A DNA stretch of 64,000 nt. Source: Candidatus Poribacteria bacterium (lineage in GTDB: Bacteria; Poribacteria; WGA-4E; WGA-3G). The stretch lies in the NCBI GenBank assembly GCA_965197475.1, contig CBDANF010000002.1:1-64000 (forward strand), in the 5' to 3' direction. The translations under genes were made by a program, and so were the position numbers. A model generated the notes under the pieces. The model was not told the DNA's origin. It ran no database searches and saw only the letters and a list, made by a program, of their open reading frames with translations. Every line of letters begins with the position of its first letter. Positions within the stretch are counted from its first letter, which is position 1. Below, piece after piece: positions 39,439 to 48,569 of the stretch.

Positions 39439-42105
39439 CTATTTAATGATGACTAATTTTCTCGTCTGTTTAGATGTTGGCGTGGACAATTCGTAAAAGT
39501 ATAGACCACTTGCGGCAGCTTCCCCAAATTCGTTAGAGCCATCCCAATATGCGGCTTTCCCACGACTGATATAAAACCCTGACGTTTGATGTCCAATGAA
39601 GAGTGTCCGCACAGTCTCACCTGCAGTGTTATATACACGTATGGTAATTTCTGCATCCTCAGCGAGTTGATAAGGAATCCATGTCTCCGGATTAAACGGG
39701 TTAGGATAGTTTGCGAAAAGTTTCGTTTTCAGAGGACCACCAGCAGGCATCAACAGATTCTCTAAAAAACGTTTCACTATTGATATTTGTGTAGCATCAT
39801 CAGACAATTCTTCAATTTTTTCGTAAAATGCATGGAGAAGTGCAATGTAATGATCTGAAAGGGAGTAGATATCGGTGGCTTTAATTTTGGGAATGGGTGT
39901 TTGAGGTGGTGCTGCAGTGCCATTCTGGTTTTCTTCAATACTCTTAATTACCAAAATGACATCTTGAAGATCCACTTTTCCATCTTTATTTGTATCATAC
40001 TTCGAATTTGAAGGGGGGCTTTCTCCAAAATGAGCGACAATTACAAGTAGATCAATAATATCAACTTGTCCATCTAAATTAACATCACCCGTGAGTAACG
40101 TTTGAATTCCATCTTCAACTACACGTAACACTTGGTTCACCTCAACATCCTTTAACTTTTGAACAATACCGCTTGGCCAATTGATAATCAATTCATTGAC
40201 CACCTCATTCTGTCCAAGCCCAAAATGGATACGTTTCTGGTCTTGCTGAGACCAGTGGATCCCTCCGTTACGTTCGCGAAGCTGAGTTTTGCCATCAGGT
40301 GTTGTTGCGAACAATCTCGCACCGATTCCATCTCTATTTGAAACTTTCCCTTCTAAATCTATCTGAAGCCAATTGTTTCCACTCCCTACGTTGCGATAGA
40401 GTTGGTCGGGTCCATTGTTATATGGGTAGACACCTCTACCATTGGTTACAAATAGGTCAAGGTAACCATCTAAGTCGTAGTCCCCCATTGTAACGCTCAT
40501 TCCTCTTCCTTCCGTGTTTGCTTCTGCACCGCCTGCTCCAGCAACTTGAATGAAAGAACCATCACCTTGGTTTTCATACAATTGGTTAGGGAGATTTACA
40601 GCACTATTTGAACGTACTATATAGAGGTCAATATCCATATCGTTGTCGAAATCTCCTGCTGCAACGGAACGTGCCTCAACTGCCTCAGTAAAAGGAATTT
40701 TCTGGAAATAGTTTGGTGGAGTCGTAATACAAAGAACAGAATTTGGTTGGTAAACGAGATCAGAGTAAGAAAAGTTTATAGGTTCTACCTCTACTATTGG
40801 GTTTTTTGATGATATGAGTGCCTCAAACCCTGTCCAAGTTGTGTTAGAAGAAGGCATTGTGTGGTATAACACAGTCCACTGAGTTGAATCTGGGTCATAT
40901 CCTACATAAGTTCGCCATTTCTCGTTTTTTGGACGAGCAGCCAACCCGACAACCCTTGGATCAGTTGGGTCAAGTACAAATGTGAAGGACGAAACATTCC
41001 GCTCCCGATTTGTTTGGATGTATTCTCCATCAAAAGCATTTACATTATGTGCTTCTTTTCCGATTGCTAAGTGGAGAAATTGAGATGCCCAATCGGAATG
41101 AACTTCAAATTTGACTTTTCCATCTGTCTTAAAACTAAAACCTTTCTCACCGACGTTAATTATAACGTGTACCTTTATCCTATAAGGATTAGTTTCAGTC
41201 TCTTGTAAATCGCCTGTGTTTTGTATATTCTCTGCTTCGGAAGTGTCAATGAAGGAGCGATAAACACCACATGCTAGAAACGCATCTGGGAGCAGATCCC
41301 CATTGAAATCGGCAAACGTAGCATCCTGTACATTATAAATATTAGGAAAATTAAGTGTTTCTGTTATTTCATTAAAGGGTGAAATAGATGTATCATATAC
41401 GCGTTCAGGATATGAACTTTTACCTATAAAGAGTTCCATATTTCCATCGTTGGTGACATCAGCAAGTTGTGCTAACGCAGCACCTTTTTCAATATGAAAA
41501 AACAATTGTTCATTTACAATCTCAAATCCTCCGTTAGTTTGTGCAAATATTGATGGGGTTACGGGGGTACCTGTTTTGTCATTTTGACTTATCCCAGTGA
41601 TAAGGAGATCCAGTTGTCCATCACCGTTCCAATCAAACCATAGAGGTGATCTTCCTCGAAGAAGCGGCATGTCAATACCAAATGCAGATGCACGCTCAAT
41701 TAGTTTACCATTTTCATTGACATAAAAATGATTAAAATGTGTTATGTTTGAACGGTTAACTCCGCCACCTCCCCCACACAAGACAATCAAATCTTGGTCA
41801 CCGTCATTATCAAAATCTGCCCATGCAACGCCATGTGTGTCCGCAAACGGAAATGCATTCCATACCTCGTCAATAATATCCGTAAATGTACCATCCTGAT
41901 TGTTACGATAGAGACTTGGTTTGTGTTTATGGTTCGTTGCCCATAAATCCAGATATCCATCTCCATCAAAATCCCCCCATGCGTTTCCCCAACTTTCACC
42001 GATGCGCGTGATTCCTGCTTGATGTGAAACATCTTCAAATTGAATTTCACTCCACGCAGTAGGGAGCAGCCAAAAAACAAACAACGACAAAATTAAAATT
42101 CGCAT
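39439..42105 (-). CDS. Secreted FG-GAP / ASPIC-UnbV (CRTAC1-like) protein with dockerin-like and FlgD-Ig module
   Basis: Repeated WGDFDGDGYLDL / DFDNDGDQDL; SNRDGIGA; HFGLG; WPSG; NYPNPFNPETWIPY. Confidence 0.9.
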   Translation of the reverse strand: MRILILSLFVFWLLPTAWSEIQFEDVSHQAGITRIGESWGNAWGDFDGDGYLDLWATNHKHKPSLYRNNQDGTFTDIIDEVWNAFPFADTHGVAWADFDNDGDQDLIVLCGGGGGVNRSNITHFNHFYVNENGKLIERASAFGIDMPLLRGRSPLWFDWNGDGQLDLLITGISQNDKTGTPVTPSIFAQTNGGFEIVNEQLFFHIEKGAALAQLADVTNDGNMELFIGKSSYPERVYDTSISPFNEITETLNFPNIYNVQDATFADFNGDLLPDAFLACGVYRSFIDTSEAENIQNTGDLQETETNPYRIKVHVIINVGEKGFSFKTDGKVKFEVHSDWASQFLHLAIGKEAHNVNAFDGEYIQTNRERNVSSFTFVLDPTDPRVVGLAARPKNEKWRTYVGYDPDSTQWTVLYHTMPSSNTTWTGFEALISSKNPIVEVEPINFSYSDLVYQPNSVLCITTPPNYFQKIPFTEAVEARSVAAGDFDNDMDIDLYIVRSNSAVNLPNQLYENQGDGSFIQVAGAGGAEANTEGRGMSVTMGDYDLDGYLDLFVTNGRGVYPYNNGPDQLYRNVGSGNNWLQIDLEGKVSNRDGIGARLFATTPDGKTQLRERNGGIHWSQQDQKRIHFGLGQNEVVNELIINWPSGIVQKLKDVEVNQVLRVVEDGIQTLLTGDVNLDGQVDIIDLLVIVAHFGESPPSNSKYDTNKDGKVDLQDVILVIKSIEENQNGTAAPPQTPIPKIKATDIYSLSDHYIALLHAFYEKIEELSDDATQISIVKRFLENLLMPAGGPLKTKLFANYPNPFNPETWIPYQLAEDAEITIRVYNTAGETVRTLFIGHQTSGFYISRGKAAYWDGSNEFGEAAASGLYFYELSTPTSKQTRKLVIIK

Positions 42106-42235
42106 TTTCCCTCCTGTTATACCTGTCTAAAAACCGTTTACAAGCATCAAAACTATTGATCTTCTACAAGAACATTTCAACTGAACAAACCTTGAGACAC
42201 GGAAAATCCAAACTTAATGGATTAAGTGATTGGTA

Positions 42236-44383
42236 TTATTTTCGGATGAACATCTTGCGGGTAGCCGTAAAATCACCTGCAGTAAGCGTATAGAAATAGA
42301 TTCCACTTGCTACAGACTCACCGAACTCATTCCGACCATTCCAATATGCTGATCGGGATTTGTTATGATATATGCCTGCAGGCAATTGACCCAACTTCAG
42401 CGTCCTTATAAGCTTCCCATCCGCAGAATGAATTGAGATGCTAACCTTTGCAGGTTTTGCCAATTGATACGGTATCCACGTCTCAGGATTGAACGGATTT
42501 GGATAGTTTGGGAGTAGTGCTGTCGTTTCAGGCAATGACTCAACACCACTCAGGAGTGCTAAGAGTTGTTCTAAGATCGCAATGCCGTTTAGGAGACGCG
42601 ACTCTTTGACATCAAGCTGCTTGGCGAGTCGAATCCACTGCGCGAGGTTTTCAGTAGTAAGATTAAATGTTTCAATTTGACTTTTGCTGAGTGCTGGAGC
42701 TGCAGATTCTGACCCTATCGCCGAAGCAGCAATGAGAAGGTCGATCAAATCCACATCGCCATCGCCGTTGACATCTGGATAGATGTTTGACTGGGCAAGT
42801 GCCTCCAAGTCCGGATCGTGAAAGTTTGATGCAATTAAGACGAGATCGGTTATATTTACAAGACCGTCGTGGTTTACGTCTGCAATGTTGAAAGATAGTT
42901 CTATCACCAAGTTCGGAGGAGGTTCCGTTTGATCGCTGGAATCAAATTCCATTAGATTCTCTATCAATCCGTTGATCGGTGAGAAATCTAATATGTGGTT
43001 ATCACTAAGATCGAGAATTGTCAGATTAACCAATTTTTTTAAGGGAGACACATCTGTGATCAAGTTGTCGTGGAGATCTAATTCTGTCAGATTTATTAAA
43101 TCCATGAGTGGGGACACATCCGAAATTTTGTTGCCATCAAGATCCAACACTGTTAATTTTGTTAAATATTTGAGAGAAGATACATCAAATATTTGGTTGT
43201 CATCAAGATCTAATGCTGTCAGATTTGTCAGGTCTTTAAGTGAAGACACATCAAATACTTGGTTGTCATGAATATCTAACAATGTCAAACTTGTTAAGTT
43301 TTTGAGTGGGGATGTATCTGATACCATGTTTTCATCAAGATCCAATTCTCTCAGGCGCGTCAAACCCATAAGCGGAGATACGTCTGAGATTTTGTTGCCA
43401 TCAAGATCAAGGAATACCAGATATCTTAAATACTTTAGCGGAGACAGATCCGATATTTGGTTGTCGTCAAAGTCCAGTTTCCTCAGTTCAGTTAAATGCT
43501 TTAGCGGAGATGCATCCGATATCTGGTTGCCGTGAGCGTCCAGTATTATCAGTTTTTTCATATTTATCAGAGGGGTTAGATTCGATATCTGGTTACTGTC
43601 AATATCCAGGTTATCAAGGTCTGTCATAGCACTCAATGGAGAAATATCTAATATCGCATTATCGGAGGCATCTAAATGTAATAGTTTGGTCATATCTTTG
43701 AGGGCCAGAACATCTGAAACCAGGTTGCTATCGAAATCCAGGTATGTCAGATTTATCAATTTTTTTAATGGTGACAGATCCGAGACTATATTAGATTCAA
43801 CATCAAGGAATGTCAAGTTTGTCAAATTGCTAATCGGGGATAAATCTGATAGTCTATGGTTGTAGCCGACATGTAGATATATCAAGTTTGTCAAACTACT
43901 TAGCGGGGACAAATTCGCTATCTGGTTACCCCTAAGAGAAAGCCATATCAGATTTGTTAAATCTTTGAGTGGAGACAAATCGATGATTCTCTGGTTGCGA
44001 TGAAGATCTAACACTAGCAGACTTGTCAAATTTTTGAGTGGGGACAAATCTGAGACTCGGTTGATCCCAAGATGCAGCCCAGTAAGATTAACAGCAAACT
44101 CAAGTCCGGTTAGGTTGCGAATGCCGGATTCAAATGCATCAAGCGATTCTAAACTTGCCATTTCTGCTTGAGTAATGTCGTCACCAGATTGTTTACCTAA
44201 TGCCGATTCAAGAGCAGCGCGGAGAGCTGGGTCAGGAATGTGGACGGTCTGTGCAGATGTTACCTGAGGAGATGCCAAAAAGAGGACACATGTGATGAGA
44301 ATCAGACTGATACCGTGAGTGGGTATAAGCATTTGTCTAACACGAGGTGAAAACGCTGATTTGGAAAATGTGAAAAGTTTCAA
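42236..44383 (-). CDS. Internalin-like LRR surface protein with dockerin-like and FlgD-Ig module
   Basis: IPDPALRAA cap; about 17-18 repeats of 22 aa (LSPLxxLTxLxxLDLxxNxISD); NYPNPFNPETWIPY. Confidence 0.92.
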   Translation of the reverse strand: MKLFTFSKSAFSPRVRQMLIPTHGISLILITCVLFLASPQVTSAQTVHIPDPALRAALESALGKQSGDDITQAEMASLESLDAFESGIRNLTGLEFAVNLTGLHLGINRVSDLSPLKNLTSLLVLDLHRNQRIIDLSPLKDLTNLIWLSLRGNQIANLSPLSSLTNLIYLHVGYNHRLSDLSPISNLTNLTFLDVESNIVSDLSPLKKLINLTYLDFDSNLVSDVLALKDMTKLLHLDASDNAILDISPLSAMTDLDNLDIDSNQISNLTPLINMKKLIILDAHGNQISDASPLKHLTELRKLDFDDNQISDLSPLKYLRYLVFLDLDGNKISDVSPLMGLTRLRELDLDENMVSDTSPLKNLTSLTLLDIHDNQVFDVSSLKDLTNLTALDLDDNQIFDVSSLKYLTKLTVLDLDGNKISDVSPLMDLINLTELDLHDNLITDVSPLKKLVNLTILDLSDNHILDFSPINGLIENLMEFDSSDQTEPPPNLVIELSFNIADVNHDGLVNITDLVLIASNFHDPDLEALAQSNIYPDVNGDGDVDLIDLLIAASAIGSESAAPALSKSQIETFNLTTENLAQWIRLAKQLDVKESRLLNGIAILEQLLALLSGVESLPETTALLPNYPNPFNPETWIPYQLAKPAKVSISIHSADGKLIRTLKLGQLPAGIYHNKSRSAYWNGRNEFGESVASGIYFYTLTAGDFTATRKMFIRK

Positions 44384-44564
44384 AATATTTTATACTCCTA
44401 AAAAACAGATGTAGAGACTACGAAGCTTATTTCAGAAGGCTGGAAGGATAGATGTTATCTACCAATTTTCCAGCCTCCTTCTGTTATGGCGGAATTGAAT
44501 CTTTTAGAAGATAACTCTCAATCCGAAGACTCTACTGAAGTATACTTAAGGTTTAACGTGGATC

Positions 44565-45170
44565 CTATTCTACCTTATTTTCTGCCCCAGGCGTTGCCAC
44601 AACAACTTGGAAATCCCCAGTCCCATTTGGAAAACGGCCAAAGGCAACATCGTCCTCCTGTTCTCCGAATGTAACGGTGTCAAGAACAGTATTTCCCCGT
44701 GCGTCTGTATCAACGAGCATGACCGTTTCACCACCTTTGGACAGTTTGAAGTTAGCATGCAGTCCTTCTGTAGCATCTTCGTCATCATGATCTTCATCTA
44801 ACCACACAATCAAATACCCATTCGCTGGAATTTCGGTGCCTTCAGGAAATTGCCATTTTGTGGGGTTGTCCTCTTTGTCTGAGAGATACATTCCTGTTAG
44901 CAGTACTGGGCCATCAGTGCGGTTGTATAACTCAAGCCAGTCGTCATAATCCCCTTGCGGGTCTGCGTAACTTTCTGAGTTACCCGCCATAAATTCATTA
45001 ATTACGACAGAAGATCCATCCAACATCTCCATCATTTTGTCGGGATCCATCATTTTTACCGGATCCATGGGATCCGGTAGAACAGGTTTCATTATTTGTG
45101 GTGCTTTCTCACACGATACAATTACAACACAACCAAGCAGCATCATAATTATTGTTAACTGAAATTTCAC
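44565..45170 (-). CDS. Lamin-tail-domain (LTD) lipoprotein
   Basis: Lipobox IVSC; Met/Pro linker; VVINEFMA, DWLELYN, NFKLS, TPG.EN. Confidence 0.85.
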   Translation of the reverse strand: MKFQLTIIMMLLGCVVIVSCEKAPQIMKPVLPDPMDPVKMMDPDKMMEMLDGSSVVINEFMAGNSESYADPQGDYDDWLELYNRTDGPVLLTGMYLSDKEDNPTKWQFPEGTEIPANGYLIVWLDEDHDDEDATEGLHANFKLSKGGETVMLVDTDARGNTVLDTVTFGEQEDDVAFGRFPNGTGDFQVVVATPGAENKVE

Positions 45171-45319
45171 CCTGTTAATCCTCCTATACTTTTGAGGGTA
45201 TGAATTGATTAATGAGATTACAGCATTCAGTGCTATTTGGGCACGGATGCCTGCAAAAAATTCAAAACTATTTTAGCACATCATGGCTATTAAAAAAACA
45301 ATATTTTACATTTTAACTA

Positions 45320-46522
45320 TTACAAAAACTTTTCATAAATGTTAATTACCTTTTGATAGTGAATATCTGCGTTAAATTCGGTTTCCATTTTGCGGCGTCC
45401 TGCTTTCCCCATCTCAGCAGCCTCAGTTTTATGCTTGGACATCCATAGTAGACGGTCGCGTAGTGGTTCATGTTCTCCAGATGGAACGAGAAACCCATCG
45501 ACTTTGTCCACGATGAGTTCAGGAATACCGCCAATATCCGCGCCGATTACCGGTTTTCCGTAAGCATAAGATTCTAAAACGGACATAGGACAGTTTTCAT
45601 ACCATTCTGATGGCAAAACAGTACAGATGCTGTTCAAGATCAGTTCTTGAAGTTCTTCACCCCGTTTAAAACCCAATAGATGGATATGTTCGCACCCGTT
45701 TTGTTCGATGATTTGCTTCACTTCAGGCATCGCTTCACCATCACCAACTATATATAATGGAACTTGTTTGAGCGGTGCTGCCGCTTCAATAAGCGTAAAA
45801 ATACCTTTACTCTTATGCACCCTCCCGAAATAAAGGACATATTCACCGACAGAGAAATTAGGCGTAAAATTTGAAACATCTGTAAAGTTATGAACCGTTG
45901 AAATCTTATCTTCAGGCATCCCGTATTGTATCATCTTTTTCCGGAGAAAATGTGAGACAGAGATAAAGTGGTCAAACTTATCAACGGAACCAAGGGAACG
46001 TGATACATAAGATTCAGCAACACTCAGGGCAGTGCGTGCCAGTGAGTTTCTATTACACTTTTTCGGAAGGGCACGCCAGAAGTGTTTGCCTGCACATGCC
46101 TCGCAAATCTCATCGTTTGAGAGATGACTATACACGGGACACGTTATTTTATATTCGTGTAATGTCTGAATAAGCGGTATACCTGCTTTTTTTAAGCCTC
46201 CCAAAATTGATGCAGTTAACTTGCCATAGTAGATATGGAAGTGGGCAATATCCACATTTGTATTTTTCAACAGTCGTTGAATTGATTCAGCAGCATTGCG
46301 TGAATAAATAAAACGTAGTAGGTCAATTGGTCCCGGCTTTTCAAAATCGGCTGCGCGAGGAAAATACTGATCCCATTCCGACGGTTCATTTTTTGGGTTT
46401 GCAGCAGTGAACGGAATTACATTGTGACCATGTTTCTGTAATATCTCCGCCATGGTGAAAAAATATCGGTCAGATCCGCCGCGAACATAGTGGTTCTGGG
46501 AAACATTCAGAATCGTCAACAT
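45320..46522 (-). CDS. GT4 glycosyltransferase
   Basis: RGGSD, TLHEY, YFGRV, PSEWYENCPMSVLES, IGGIPE. Confidence 0.92.
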   Translation of the reverse strand: MLTILNVSQNHYVRGGSDRYFFTMAEILQKHGHNVIPFTAANPKNEPSEWDQYFPRAADFEKPGPIDLLRFIYSRNAAESIQRLLKNTNVDIAHFHIYYGKLTASILGGLKKAGIPLIQTLHEYKITCPVYSHLSNDEICEACAGKHFWRALPKKCNRNSLARTALSVAESYVSRSLGSVDKFDHFISVSHFLRKKMIQYGMPEDKISTVHNFTDVSNFTPNFSVGEYVLYFGRVHKSKGIFTLIEAAAPLKQVPLYIVGDGEAMPEVKQIIEQNGCEHIHLLGFKRGEELQELILNSICTVLPSEWYENCPMSVLESYAYGKPVIGADIGGIPELIVDKVDGFLVPSGEHEPLRDRLLWMSKHKTEAAEMGKAGRRKMETEFNADIHYQKVINIYEKFL

Positions 46523-46527
46523 AATTT

Positions 46528-47430
46528 TTACTCCCGCGGTCCGGCATCCGTAAACCGTTTATCAGCAATCGGTTCATAGTAGACGGTGCCTAAAGGTTTA
46601 GTAATAATGTTTGTGTCCCCAGAATCCAGAATTATATTCTCAATTTCATCAATTAAGACAGTTCCCCACCAATTGTGGGATATTTCAAGATCGAATTTGA
46701 CCTGTAACCTAAGTGCATAATCATTGTTTTCAAGGTTATTGTACTTTATGAAAGACTGAACGTTCTCACAGACAATTCCAGAATCATTATCTGAAATGTT
46801 ATTTTTCTCAATTTGCGGGCGAGTTTGTCGACCGATGGTATAAATACCGATGTCGTTTTCATGAATTGCATTATGCTGGATTATAGAATTACTCCCATCT
46901 AAAGCAATTGCGGTTTCATTATAGCGAAGTTTAGAATCAATGACACTTGGAGACGCTGTTTTCATGTCAAGTGCAACCGTAGCGTATTCTATAACAACTC
47001 CCCTGAGAAAACTTTGAGAATCATGTGTGTGGTCAAATAGGATTCCTTTCCAATCACCAGATTCTGGATTGGCATTATTTGAGGTTAAATAGACCGGCTC
47101 TTCTAACGTTCCTTGTGATAACGGAGTTCCGATCTTCAGCATTGCTCTTAGTCCGCTAACCTTAATTTGCGCATTTCTATTGAATTTAACGACCGTTCCG
47201 GGCAATATCTCAAGCAAGACATCAGATGGAATCTCCAATGTTCCGTGTATAATATAGGTTTTTTCTGAATCCCATGTTTCGTCCTCTGAAAGTAGATAGT
47301 CTCGTAGTACTACTTCAGAAGCTTTTTGGGGTTTGTCAATAACTGATGTAGAATCTTGGCATCCACAAACCACAAATATGAAACCAAGAAGAAGTATACA
47401 ATAAGATAATTGAAAACGTTCCATCAACAC
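46528..47430 (-). CDS. Lipoprotein with right-handed beta-helix
   Basis: Lipobox VCGC; ILPGTVVKF, GDWKGI, N-x-x-x-x-N repeats, HNWWG. Confidence 0.78.
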   Translation of the reverse strand: MLMERFQLSYCILLLGFIFVVCGCQDSTSVIDKPQKASEVVLRDYLLSEDETWDSEKTYIIHGTLEIPSDVLLEILPGTVVKFNRNAQIKVSGLRAMLKIGTPLSQGTLEEPVYLTSNNANPESGDWKGILFDHTHDSQSFLRGVVIEYATVALDMKTASPSVIDSKLRYNETAIALDGSNSIIQHNAIHENDIGIYTIGRQTRPQIEKNNISDNDSGIVCENVQSFIKYNNLENNDYALRLQVKFDLEISHNWWGTVLIDEIENIILDSGDTNIITKPLGTVYYEPIADKRFTDAGPRE

Positions 47431-47582
47431 TTGCGACCTTCTTTGTTATTTTCAAAAATTATTTCAAAATAAAAACCCTGAGTATCATTTGAAAATTTGA
47501 GGGTATTGGTTAAATAATGATGCGGTAATTAGTGGGTACCCTCTGAACCACTCTGCATCACATTTCAATTAGAGTAGAGTTA

Positions 47583-47611
47583 ATGATAACACTTATGACA
47601 AAAATTGTCAA
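47583..47611 (-). promoter_or_regulatory. Outward-facing promoter inside the IS left end
   Basis: Minus strand TTGACA, 17 bp, TATCAT. Confidence 0.65.
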
Positions 47612-47705
47612 TCAAAATCAAACTAATAAACTGATTTTGATTGACAGATGTATCTAAAACCTATATCCTTATTGAAAACAAACTCGCTGCTCTATAGAGG
47701 ACACC

Positions 47706-48434
47706 ATGAAGAATTGCCCAAGATGTCAACACACTCACTTCGTCAAAAACGGGTTCGTCAAAACTAAACAACGCTATAAATGCAAAAACTGCGGTTATCA
47801 ATGGACGCGCACAACACCCCGGGGGAAACCACAAGCACAGAAAACTCTCGCCGTTCTCTTATATTGCCACGGCATCTCAATGAATGCTATCTCAAAACTT
47901 GTCGGATGCCACGTAACAACTGTGCTTCAATGGATACGCACCTTTGCTAAAAAACAGGCACCGAAACAAACACTCACACCCGGCACCACCGCCTGCTTGG
48001 AACTTGATGAGATGTGGCACTATATTGGGAACAAGAAAAACAAACTCTGGATATGGAAGGCACTTGACAGAAACACAGGATACCTCATTGACTGGGAATG
48101 TGGTGGGCGTGATAAACAAACCCTTGAAAAACTCACGGCAAGGCTCTCAACCCTCAATGCTAAGATATATTACACAGACAAATGGCAGGTCTATGAGTCG
48201 GTCCTACCTGCCGTAAAACATGTTCAGGATAAAGCGGAGACGCATCGCATTGAACGCAACAATGGTCGGATGCGCCACTGGTTCGGACGCTTCAAGCGCA
48301 AGTCCATTATTGTTTCCAAAAGCATAGAAATGGTGGATTTGACGATTGCTTTGTTCGCACGATTTCGTGTCAATGGCAACGTGTTTGACATTTTAAAACT
48401 CGACGGAATAGAAAACATGAATATCATTATTTAA
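47706..48434 (+). CDS. IS1-family transposase (InsA-InsB in one frame)
   Basis: CPRC..KNG..QRYKCKNC Zn ribbon, HTH, ELDEMW, YTD.W..Y, IERNN. Confidence 0.92.
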   Translation: MKNCPRCQHTHFVKNGFVKTKQRYKCKNCGYQWTRTTPRGKPQAQKTLAVLLYCHGISMNAISKLVGCHVTTVLQWIRTFAKKQAPKQTLTPGTTACLELDEMWHYIGNKKNKLWIWKALDRNTGYLIDWECGGRDKQTLEKLTARLSTLNAKIYYTDKWQVYESVLPAVKHVQDKAETHRIERNNGRMRHWFGRFKRKSIIVSKSIEMVDLTIALFARFRVNGNVFDILKLDGIENMNIII

Positions 48435-48569
48435 CCAATACTCTCGAAAATTTTAGTAGTAATTCAGATAGATTTTCTTTAAAAATTAGAGAAGAAGTTG
48501 AACGCTTTAGAACATCTCAGCATTTGCGAGTTTCAAGAACTACAATATGAAACAATTTTTGAAAATACA

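Larger units (their letters stand above)
37436..39439 (+). mobile_element. 2.0-kb IR-bounded element carrying two DUF1670-like genes and no recognisable transposase
   Basis: 13-bp perfect IR GTATCAAATGACC(37436-37448)/GGTCATTTGATAC(39427-39439); visibly higher GC than flanks; opposite orientation to the host cluster. Confidence 0.75.
47499..48445 (+). mobile_element. IS1-family insertion sequence
   Basis: 23-bp IR GAGGGTATTGGTTAAATAATGAT / ATCATTATTTAACCAATACTCTC (1 mismatch); 8-bp TSD GAAAATTT at 47491-47498 and 48446-48453. Confidence 0.92.

Noticed and set aside
42950-44120. 66-bp periodic DNA repeats as an array
   Set aside because: Fully explained by the 22-aa LRR coding repeats
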